NCBI GenBank assembly: GCA_028279595.1
Contig: JANQNK010000003.1
Location: forward strand, 176,568-240,567
Reading direction: 5' to 3'
DNA: 64,000 nt
Origin: Thermoplasmatota archaeon
GTDB lineage: Archaea; Thermoplasmatota; JAKEGO01
Shown: positions 17,981 to 25,223 of the stretch, piece after piece
Position numbering within the stretch: the stretch's first letter is position 1
Layout of the letters: each line of letters starts with the position of its first letter
Made by a program: the position numbers and the translations under genes
Notes under the pieces: model-generated
Databases searched by the model: none
Told to the model about the DNA's origin: nothing
The model's input: only the letters and a program-made list of their open reading frames with translations

Positions 17981-18622
17981 TTATAAAAAGTTGATGTTAT
18001 CATATTTGAATGTTTCAACCCAATCCGGAAAATTTTCAAAACATTGGTGCAAATCAAAATGATAATCTTTGAAGATGTCAGAGTGAGTTTCGGGTAGTGG
18101 TAATATATTACGCATTTCAAAGACAAATAAATCTAGAGGGTAAATGTCGGTTGGGAATAAAAATCCAGGTCCTGTATTGGGTATGAAATTTCCCGCGGGA
18201 TATCGTGGAATTTCATAAAAGGGGTTAAATCTGTGGCAAATCGTGCTGATTCGTGAAGAATGAAGAAATGGATAATTTCGATTCTTATCGAGTAATCTAC
18301 ACTGGTTGAGTAATTCCTCAAGATCGTGTATTCTATTCGGAATCTCATTATGATTTGCGTATTTAATGAATGATTTTAGGTATAATTCAATACATTGTTG
18401 AGCTTCAAAAAAACTGTAGGGATAAATGTGGTGATAGAACAGGATTCGGGATAAGAAATAATGAAGGTCTGCTGAAGAAATGAAAATGGTGTAACTCATG
18501 TTTTTAAGTTTGGTGTCGAAATCAGGATCTTTAATACGTTTCGATATGTTAACAAATTCTTTATTTTTTAAAGTTGTTAGTTCGTCTACGTACATCTTTA
18601 CATCATCTAATAGTGATTTCAT
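17981..18622 (-). CDS. HEPN domain protein (classical PF05168-like)
   Basis: AQQCIELYLKSFIKYANHNEIPNRIHDLEELL matches the HEPN helix pair (A.Q..EK.LKA....HDL..L). FYEIPRYPAGNF matches the conserved YYIPTRYP motif. Confidence 0.65.
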   Translation of the reverse strand: MKSLLDDVKMYVDELTTLKNKEFVNISKRIKDPDFDTKLKNMSYTIFISSADLHYFLSRILFYHHIYPYSFFEAQQCIELYLKSFIKYANHNEIPNRIHDLEELLNQCRLLDKNRNYPFLHSSRISTICHRFNPFYEIPRYPAGNFIPNTGPGFLFPTDIYPLDLFVFEMRNILPLPETHSDIFKDYHFDLHQCFENFPDWVETFKYDNINFL

Positions 18623-18716
18623 TATTCATCGGTATAATGGAGTAACATTGTATAAAAATGTGTAATAAAAATGGTTAATGTGCACTATATATGTGGAGAT
18701 ATGTGGTGAATTGTGA

Positions 18717-18887
18717 CTAGGGGGGTAGTGGTTTGTAGCGGTCTTCAAGGATATTTAGATAATATCTTGTTGCCTCTTTGATGATATCTGCTCTGTTGTT
18801 GTAACCAGCATCTGGATAGTCTGAAAGGAAGTTGTCAATTCGGTTAAGTAGGTTGTTTGGTAAACTAACAGAAGTATGTCGGGGCAT
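18717..18887 (-). CDS. Ribbon-helix-helix (CopG/Arc-like) protein, 56 aa
   Basis: Below the track cutoff. MPRHTSVSLPNNLLNRIDNFLSDYPDAGYNNRADIIKEATRYYLNILEDRYKPLPP. Divergent from the integrase across a 100-bp TATA-rich spacer. Confidence 0.55.
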   Translation of the reverse strand: MPRHTSVSLPNNLLNRIDNFLSDYPDAGYNNRADIIKEATRYYLNILEDRYKPLPP

Positions 18888-18987
18888 GTCTCAAAATGGG
18901 TCTAAGAACTATATAAAACATGTAAATATTTAAATGGAAATATGGCTGTAGATATATTTATATATGCATATTTGTATTGTGGTGTAG

Positions 18988-19971
18988 ATGCCCACCGATG
19001 TGGAGGTCGTGAAAACATCTGAAATTTCCGTGTTAGAGCGCTGGATACAGGAGATGCGAGCTCGGAACGTAGGCGATTATACAATTAAGCGATATCGTGC
19101 GGTTATCGAGCCATCACTTTCCTTCGCCTTGGATGAGGGTTATCCTGACCCTATTGATTGGGATATCATTCAAGTTGGATCAATTCTTGATGGTATAGGT
19201 CGCAACTCCTGGAAGATCCGTGTGATGAAGCTGTTCTTAAAGTGGGTCGGGAACGACGTCCTTGTGAAGAACAGGATACTTCATCCGAAGCATCAACATC
19301 TTGGTCGATGGCTAAATCAGAACGATTGTCAAAAGCTTGTTACTCTTGCCCAAACCCCACTTGAACGAGTCGTCATCCACTTTATGATGGAGTTGGGACT
19401 ACGACGAACTGATCTCTTACGTCTACGTGTGTTAGATATCGATTTCAGTTGCTCCCGCGTTAACGTACGAGGTAAAGGCTTTCATGACGGCAAGCTACGT
19501 GTTCTCCCATTCCATCCTTGTTCACAAGAGGTAATCCGGTCATATCTCGAATACCGCGAATACGTTTTCCAAGTTGCACGTCAACGAAGTATTACTCAAC
19601 CCGAGGATCCTGAAAATCTCCTCGTATACGAAAGAGGCGGAGAAGTCATAGGATACAAGAGCACCGCCATCGATAATCTCATTCAACGACTAGCGTCACG
19701 TCTAGGATTTCATTTCAGTTCTCACGATCTTCGGAGAACCTTCGGTCGCAACCTTTACTATGCGACAAATCGTGATATCGCAGTAGTTTCTTACGCTCTC
19801 GGTCATAGTGATATCCGGACCACGATGAAGTACCTGGGTCTAGGATATGATGACCTTCAAAAAGGCATGGTAGACATGGCGAAGATGTGGGAATCGCAAC
19901 CACATATTGCCGCCGAAGTGGTACTAAAACGGCGAAATGGAGGACCTAGCAATGAACCCAATTCAGGCTGA
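18988..19971 (+). CDS. int: Tyrosine recombinase / integrase (XerC/D-like phage integrase family)
   Basis: Catalytic signature residues in LRRTDLLRLRV (R), HDLRRTFG (H-x-x-R) and LGHSDIRTTMKY (H...Y). The stop lies 38 nt from the right att repeat. Confidence 0.85.
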   Translation: MPTDVEVVKTSEISVLERWIQEMRARNVGDYTIKRYRAVIEPSLSFALDEGYPDPIDWDIIQVGSILDGIGRNSWKIRVMKLFLKWVGNDVLVKNRILHPKHQHLGRWLNQNDCQKLVTLAQTPLERVVIHFMMELGLRRTDLLRLRVLDIDFSCSRVNVRGKGFHDGKLRVLPFHPCSQEVIRSYLEYREYVFQVARQRSITQPEDPENLLVYERGGEVIGYKSTAIDNLIQRLASRLGFHFSSHDLRRTFGRNLYYATNRDIAVVSYALGHSDIRTTMKYLGLGYDDLQKGMVDMAKMWESQPHIAAEVVLKRRNGGPSNEPNSG

Positions 19972-20008
19972 AACAACTGAAAAACCCCGCAAAAGCGGGG
20001 AAAACGAC

Positions 20009-20026
20009 TGGTGGGAGCACTGGGAT
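20009..20026. repeat. Right att direct repeat (within the tRNA-Trp 3' end)
   Basis: TGGTGGGAGCACTGGGAT. Its reverse complement ATCCCAGTGCTCCCACCA covers part of the T-stem, the acceptor 3' strand, the discriminator and CCA. Confidence 0.85.
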
Positions 20027-20069
20027 TCGAACCCAGATCAGCGGGTTTCGCCTATCAGGCAAAGTGGCT

Positions 20070-20133
20070 TTGGGGTCGTTGCTCCAGTTAGTCATCACGA
20101 CATCAGCAAACCCGTTGCAACTCATTTCCCCAA
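20070..20133 (-). ncRNA. Box C/D guide RNA module embedded in the tRNA-Trp intron
   Basis: Terminal stem TTGGGG/CCCCAA. Canonical internal CTGA (D') and GTGATGA (C'); degenerate AAUGAGU (C) and ACGA (D). The guides CGGGTTT and ACTGGAGC are complementary to positions 38-42 and 31-37 of the same tRNA. Confidence 0.55.
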
Positions 20134-20232
20134 TGCGGGTAACTGGAGCCCGCGAGGATGCCAGGTTACCCCATGCTCCCACATGCTCGAGAGCATCCTC
20201 CGGGTCCCGTCGGAGCGGTCGGTCCACTGGGT

Positions 20233-20340
20233 TCAAGCCTTGCGCTGACGCAGCGCCTTCTGCCGGCGCCGCATGCGCTTCTTGCGCCATTTCCAGCGCA
20301 TGTTGCCCTTCTTCTTCCAGCTTCTCGAGCCTCTCTTCAT
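20233..20340 (-). CDS. rpl41e: Ribosomal protein L41e (35 aa micro-gene)
   Basis: Below the track cutoff. MKRGSRSWKKKGNMRWKWRKKRMRRRQKALRQRKA matches the archaeal/eukaryotic L41e RWKWRKKRMRR core. It ends 52 nt upstream of the tRNA-Trp 5' end. Confidence 0.7.
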   Translation of the reverse strand: MKRGSRSWKKKGNMRWKWRKKRMRRRQKALRQRKA

Positions 20341-20382
20341 GAGCCACTCTCCGTTGACTGCGCTGGAATAACTGGTTCTCCT

Positions 20383-20390
20383 ATTTAAAG
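20383..20390 (-). promoter_or_regulatory. TATA box for the rpl41e(-tRNA-Trp) transcription unit
   Basis: The minus strand reads CTTTAAATAGG about 45 nt upstream of the rpl41e ATG. No TATA-like element is visible between rpl41e and the tRNA. Confidence 0.4.
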
Positions 20391-20480
20391 GTTGATAGGT
20401 TGGTTCAGTCTCTCAAAAGTGTGTTGGTATGTACCTTTCAATGTGGGAACGTGTATATATCCAAAATCACATTCCGTGGT

Positions 20481-21638
20481 ATGAAGATATGGGTGGCCAC
20501 CTTAGTTTTCATATTAGTGCTCAGTGGATATGGGGCGCGAGCATCTTTACCGGTTCAACAGCTTGAAGTCAGTAATGTGTATAGGACTGCAAATCCTGAT
20601 GTATTCAATGATACGATCGTCTGGGAAAGAGATGATCCTTGGCATGACCGCATAATTCAATCATACGATATTCGGTCTAACACCAAATCTATCGTAACCA
20701 ATCAAACCAGATTCTATTCGAACAATCTTAGCTGTGACCTTAGAGGAAAAGCACGTAATCCCACTGCACTCGAAGATGCGATCATATGGCAGGATGAAAT
20801 ATTCTATGATTGGTCACAGACGATCGATGGGATTGTATATTTGAATCTTACTAATGGACAGCTGTCATTAGTATCAAATGCAACGGAATATTCCGTCAAT
20901 CCAGACGCTTATGGAGACATCATCGCATGGGAATCAGGCTGGGATCAGAAGAATATCACATATCATCATATCTCAACTAACGAAACCATTAAAATCGATA
21001 GAAAATACAACCAAATCACACCGCAGGTGTATCAGAATTATCTTGTCTGGAATGAATATGATGGGGTCCCCTCTGTCGGTTGGACTAGGATCTACGTGAA
21101 GAATTTAATCACAAGCGAAATCGTCCAAGTAGGTGGAGATGGTGTAAAGTCCCCCTCCATTTATGGTGACAAAATTGTCTACGAGCATTGGGTATTTCCA
21201 GATGATGAAGGTGATGAACTCATTCGAGACATATACATGCATAATCTAACAAGTGGAATTACAATCCCCATCTGCACCGATCCTGGTGATCAATTGATCC
21301 CTAAGATCTATGAGGATCAAATTGTTTGGATTGACAATAATGATGGCGGATACCATATCGTATCTCACAATTTACAAACCGATGAAACTCTTAAGGTATG
21401 TACAGATCCCGAATTCGATCGGTACCATGTCGACATTCATGGAAATGTAGTCGTATGGAGCGGTCATAATGAGGACGAATCAAGGTTGTTTTATTCGAAT
21501 CTTTCATGGGAGCCGATTCCCGATCCGCGAATAATCGAAACTATCGATAATGGATCCATAACCTCTGAAGTGATCATTGGATCATTGATTGTGCTGGGTA
21601 TCATCGGACTTGTAGGTTTATGGAAGCAAAAGTCCTGA
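20481..21638 (+). CDS. Secreted, C-terminally anchored 7-bladed beta-propeller repeat protein (TolB/PD40-like)
   Basis: Signal peptide MKIWVATLVFILVLSGYGARA. Seven repeats of the type P.(I/V)(Y/F)(G/E)D.IVW...D(I/R)Y..NL.T. C-terminal TM VIIGSLIVLGIIGLVGLWKQK. Low GC. Confidence 0.6.
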   Translation: MKIWVATLVFILVLSGYGARASLPVQQLEVSNVYRTANPDVFNDTIVWERDDPWHDRIIQSYDIRSNTKSIVTNQTRFYSNNLSCDLRGKARNPTALEDAIIWQDEIFYDWSQTIDGIVYLNLTNGQLSLVSNATEYSVNPDAYGDIIAWESGWDQKNITYHHISTNETIKIDRKYNQITPQVYQNYLVWNEYDGVPSVGWTRIYVKNLITSEIVQVGGDGVKSPSIYGDKIVYEHWVFPDDEGDELIRDIYMHNLTSGITIPICTDPGDQLIPKIYEDQIVWIDNNDGGYHIVSHNLQTDETLKVCTDPEFDRYHVDIHGNVVVWSGHNEDESRLFYSNLSWEPIPDPRIIETIDNGSITSEVIIGSLIVLGIIGLVGLWKQKS

Positions 21639-21654
21639 TAGACTTACGAATGAT

Positions 21655-21696
21655 CAAAAAAGAAAAAAAAGAAAGAGTGAGCGCCTCGCGGCGCTC
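21655..21696 (-). terminator. Hairpin plus oligo-T terminator downstream of ssb (also closes the convergent gene)
   Basis: GAGCGCC-TCGC-GGCGCTC (21679..21696) is followed on the minus strand by CTTTCTTTTTTTTCTTTTTT. Confidence 0.5.
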
Positions 21697-21727
21697 GATT
21701 GTCTGTTGGGTGTGTCACAACCGGTTC

Positions 21728-22153
21728 TCAGAACCTGTTGTATCCGCCGCCACTGCCGCCATCCCTGCCTCCGTAGCGGGGATTCCTGCGGGGCATGTCG
21801 AACTCCCTGTCGGACATGTTGGTCTCGGTGTTGGCCTCGAGCTCCTCTTCGGCTTGGCTCATTGAGCCGTACTTGCCGATGTTGAGCCTCATGTGGCCCC
21901 TGACCAGGGAGATGTAACCGTTGTCCACCTGTAGTACGTCCCCGACGCTTACCTGCTCGGCCTGATCGTCCCAAAGGGACATCAGGATCCCGCCGGTGTC
22001 GTCCGCGACGAGTGCCTCGGTGACCATCCTGGTCGGTCCGAACCTCGAGGGTATCTCCTTCGGCTCGGATTTTTCGACTACCTTCACAAGAACGTACGCC
22101 CTCTTTGACTCGGGCGACAGTTCACTGACGCTTACACGCTCTTCGCCTTCCAT
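21728..22153 (-). CDS. ssb: Single-OB-fold ssDNA-binding protein (SSB, NABP/SOSS-B-like) with a Gly/Arg-rich tail
   Basis: LVADDTGGILMSLWDDQAEQVSVGDVLQVDNGYISLVRGHMRLNIGKYG parallels the hSSB1-type OB fold. Tail: RRNPRYGGRDGGSGGGYNRF. Confidence 0.7.
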   Translation of the reverse strand: MEGEERVSVSELSPESKRAYVLVKVVEKSEPKEIPSRFGPTRMVTEALVADDTGGILMSLWDDQAEQVSVGDVLQVDNGYISLVRGHMRLNIGKYGSMSQAEEELEANTETNMSDREFDMPRRNPRYGGRDGGSGGGYNRF

Positions 22154-22246
22154 GGTAATGCCTCATTGTCTTTTATGGTCCTTCGCTCTGGGACCACCCT
22201 ATCGACAGGACATCTAGTATAACTATCTTTGCCCGGCCCTTATCGT

Positions 22247-22744
22247 TCACATCGGGTCCACTGGCTCGACCTCGTCGGTCTCGTCGAAGAGCTTCCGGCT
22301 GCGCTCCAGGATCTCCACCGATTTCAACTCACCGATGAGGCGGTCCTCGCCGTCGACGATGGGAAGGTCGTTGAGGTGGTGCTCGACTATGAACCGCGTC
22401 GCCTCGACGACGGTGGTGTCGTGCATCACCGGGGTGGGATCATCCATGAACTCGTCGACGTTCTCCTTGAACACCTCGCGGAGGAAACGGAAGTACGACG
22501 TGATGCCGACCTCGCGTACCTTGAGCCTGTAGCCCACCTGCCGCATGAGGGTGTTTATCGTTACTGTCCCGACGAGGACCCCTTCCTCGTCGACGACGTA
22601 CACCTTCGTCGACTGGTCAGCTCCGATCAGCGCGTCGATGGCATCGCTGAGCGGGCTGCCCAGCGTCACTGATGCCGCCACGCATTCGCATCCTTCCATT
22701 ATGTCCTCGACGGTCTGGTCGAGGATGTGCTTCTCTTCCGGCAT
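22247..22744 (-). CDS. CBS domain pair protein
   Basis: 165 aa with two CBS-like repeats (VYVVDEEGVLVGTVT; LPIVDGEDRLIGEL). The start lies 2 nt from the MscS stop. Confidence 0.7.
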   Translation of the reverse strand: MPEEKHILDQTVEDIMEGCECVAASVTLGSPLSDAIDALIGADQSTKVYVVDEEGVLVGTVTINTLMRQVGYRLKVREVGITSYFRFLREVFKENVDEFMDDPTPVMHDTTVVEATRFIVEHHLNDLPIVDGEDRLIGELKSVEILERSRKLFDETDEVEPVDPM

Positions 22745-22745
22745 T

Positions 22746-24257
22746 TCACTCTCCCTCCTTTGCCATGTGGACCGTCGTCTGCGGGAACGGTATGTCGATG
22801 CCCGCCTTCTCGAACCTGTCGTGGACCTCGGTGTTCAGATAGTCGTCCACTGACCACCTGTTGTCCCTGTCGTCCAGCCAGACGATGACCTTGAACATTA
22901 TCGCGGAGTCACCCAGATCGCTGAACCGGATCACGGGCTGGAGGTCCGGATCGTCCTTCAGGATGTGCTCGTTCGCGTCGATTATCTCCTTCAGGATGGC
23001 CTTCACCTGGCGTGTGTCGGAATCATAGCCCACTCCGATGTTCTTGGAGATCTTGCCGGGATCGTCCGCATTGTCGAAGAGCGCGATGATGTCGGACCCG
23101 ATCTTGTTGTTCGGTATCGTGACCATCGCCGCGTCCGAGTATCGATACAGACGGGTCGACCTCAGCCCGATCTTCCTGACCTGGTACCAGGTGTCGTTCC
23201 CGAGGATGATGTTGTCACCCTTCTTGAAGGGCCTGTCCGTGAGGATGAAGATCCCGCTGAAGAAGTTCGATAGGGTCTCCTGCGCGGCGAAGGCGATGAC
23301 CATGCTGATCACCACCCCTCCTGCCACGAAGAGGGTGAGATCGATCCCGAGGTGACTGAGAAGTGCTCCCAGCGCTATGATCCCGATGATCACAACACCG
23401 ATCTTCTCTATCAATGGGATTAGCATGTCGTCGAGGTCCGTCGCGGTCTTGCGGGACATGATGTGTCCGTAGAACACCACGACCTCCTTGAAGATCTTGT
23501 ATGCCATGTAGAATATTATTATCGTGAACACGAGGTAGTAGATCTGATCGAACAGTGAGATCAACCATCCCGGTATGATGTGGTCGATCACCCTCAGGGA
23601 GACGATCGCACCATAGAGGAACAGGAGCACGATGATCGGCGTGTGCACGATGGCAAGGACCCTGTCGTCGAGCTTGTTCTTGGATTTCTTCGTCCAGTGC
23701 TTCACGACCGGGTCCATGGTGATCACTGCGAGGAACGAGATACCCAGCCAGAGGAGGACGTTCATGACGAAGATGCCGTAGGCGTTGTCAAGCGGCGGAC
23801 CGAAGGGATTCTCCCAGATCCCGAAGACGAGGTCAGTGTCCACGTCGGGTTTGGGTTCGTCAATGGTGATCACGACCTTGTGTTCCGAGTACTTGACCGG
23901 TGATCCGTTCTGGTAGACCATGAACTCGACGCTGATGCGTTCCCTGCCCTCTGCATCCGTTGGGACCACAACTGTGAGCGTGAAGGTGCGTGCATCCGAA
24001 TAGGGAAGGAACGTGGTCATCGGTGACATGGATATGTTCCATCCGCCGATCTCCGATATCGTAACGTTCACGGTGAAGTTCATCTCGAGCTCATCGACGT
24101 TCCTCAGCGTCCAGATGAACTCGTACGTGTCCCCCTTGTTGACATCCCGTTCGTAACCGTCGATCTCGATGATGTCGACGGTCTCCGCACCTACGGCAGG
24201 CGCGAGGAGTATCGTCAGGACTGCGAGAATGACTATCGCTAGCTGCTGTCGCATCAT
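22746..24257 (-). CDS. Mechanosensitive ion channel (MscS family) with an N-terminal extracellular Ig-like domain
   Basis: Signal peptide, about 150-aa beta domain, TM helices, then the MscS core ETLSNFFSGIFILTDRPFKKGDNIILG...VRKIGLRSTRL...VTIPNNKI. Confidence 0.8.
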   Translation of the reverse strand: MMRQQLAIVILAVLTILLAPAVGAETVDIIEIDGYERDVNKGDTYEFIWTLRNVDELEMNFTVNVTISEIGGWNISMSPMTTFLPYSDARTFTLTVVVPTDAEGRERISVEFMVYQNGSPVKYSEHKVVITIDEPKPDVDTDLVFGIWENPFGPPLDNAYGIFVMNVLLWLGISFLAVITMDPVVKHWTKKSKNKLDDRVLAIVHTPIIVLLFLYGAIVSLRVIDHIIPGWLISLFDQIYYLVFTIIIFYMAYKIFKEVVVFYGHIMSRKTATDLDDMLIPLIEKIGVVIIGIIALGALLSHLGIDLTLFVAGGVVISMVIAFAAQETLSNFFSGIFILTDRPFKKGDNIILGNDTWYQVRKIGLRSTRLYRYSDAAMVTIPNNKIGSDIIALFDNADDPGKISKNIGVGYDSDTRQVKAILKEIIDANEHILKDDPDLQPVIRFSDLGDSAIMFKVIVWLDDRDNRWSVDDYLNTEVHDRFEKAGIDIPFPQTTVHMAKEGE

Positions 24258-24355
24258 GCTCCCGCATTGAACGGTCCCTTATTTGATTCTTTTCCTGACC
24301 TAGAACGATTCCCCAAATGAGGTGTCAAGTCCCCGATCGGTACGAGGGTGAGGCC

Positions 24356-24703
24356 TCAGATCATGTGGTGGATCAGCGGAAGCTGCTCCAGCGGGAAGCT
24401 GTAGTCCATGCCGAACCTGTCGTCGAGGAACCTGCGCCCCTCTCCCGTGATATCGTAGGAAAGGAGCGCTGCGAAGAAGTCTCCCCCCGTTCGAAGCTCG
24501 TTAGAGGGAGAGATAAGTCCCTCCCTCTCCAGATGATCCAGATGACGTGTGAGGTCCTCGCGTGACCTGTTGAGCAGGAGGATCAGCTCCATCATCGAAG
24601 TCCTGCCGTCGGTATGGTCTGCTACGATCTCCATGATCCTGGTATCGATAATACTGTTACCCCGCGCCGCAGCCCTTCCCTTGAACGTGCAATCCACCAC
24701 CAT
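24356..24703 (-). CDS. Winged helix-turn-helix transcriptional regulator-like protein
   Basis: IMEIVADHTDGRTSMMELILLLNRSREDLTRHLDHLEREGLIS is a wHTH pattern. The minus-strand TTTATATA at 24752..24759 is a candidate TATA box. Confidence 0.5.
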   Translation of the reverse strand: MVVDCTFKGRAAARGNSIIDTRIMEIVADHTDGRTSMMELILLLNRSREDLTRHLDHLEREGLISPSNELRTGGDFFAALLSYDITGEGRRFLDDRFGMDYSFPLEQLPLIHHMI

Positions 24704-24966
24704 GTCACCACCTTGCTTGCCCTCTTCGCAAGGTAATTTGTGCGTTTTGAGTATATAAACCCCCTTTGGTTATTTGACACGGTCCTCACGTGGTGTAATA
24801 CAAGCGAATATGCGCTAAATGGGTCTGAAAGTGCCGAAAACGCAGGAATCCGGACGGTGGTATCACGGAAGCGACGCCCCAAAAGAGTTGATCGCCGGAC
24901 GCTGCACCCTGTGGGGGGGAGATGAGCGTCTACGGCATCGATGGGGACCCGATGCAATGTGGGGCG

Positions 24967-25077
24967 TCACTTCCCGTTTTTCATCCTGAGCAGCAACTGG
25001 ACCCTGTACAGGTTCGTCAGGACGCGCGCCCTTCCGAACTCGATGGTCTCGATCGGTCCAGCCGTCGTGTCGTACAT
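24967..25077 (-). CDS. Candidate 36-aa small protein with its own TATA and SD
   Basis: MYDTTAGPIETIEFGRARVLTNLYRVQLLLRMKNGK. GGTGG lies 7 nt upstream, and the minus-strand TTATATAG lies at 25123..25130. Confidence 0.25.
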   Translation of the reverse strand: MYDTTAGPIETIEFGRARVLTNLYRVQLLLRMKNGK

Positions 25078-25223
25078 GTTTCGCCACCGTCCATTTCGCT
25101 GCAGAAATACACCCGTTTCACGCTATATAAGCGGACCTTGGTTACTACCTGAAACCCTTGGTGGTATGCCTCAAACATGCCCTGAAACGGGCGTTTTTCG
25201 GCGTTTTAAGGGTGAAGTCCCGA

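Larger units (their letters stand above)
11321..20026. mobile_element. Integrated element (~8.7 kb; integrative plasmid/provirus-like) in tRNA-Trp
   Basis: Exact 18-bp direct repeats, one within the tRNA 3' end. An intact tyrosine recombinase lies adjacent to the tRNA. The cargo is AT-rich and ORFan. Confidence 0.75.
20009..20180 (-). tRNA. trnW: tRNA-Trp (anticodon CCA) with a 96-nt intron at 37/38 and an encoded CCA
   Basis: Acceptor GGGAGCA/TGCTCCC, T-arm CTGGG-TTCGAAT-CCCAG, anticodon stem GCGGG/CCCGC, loop CTCCAG|A. Exon 1 is 20180..20143, the intron 20142..20047 and exon 2 20046..20009. Confidence 0.8.

Noticed and set aside
19946-20347. A 133-aa minus-strand ORF spanning the tRNA-Trp locus
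   Set aside because: It runs through a well-formed tRNA and is frame-shifted relative to the convincing 35-aa L41e ORF. It is a GC-driven artefact.
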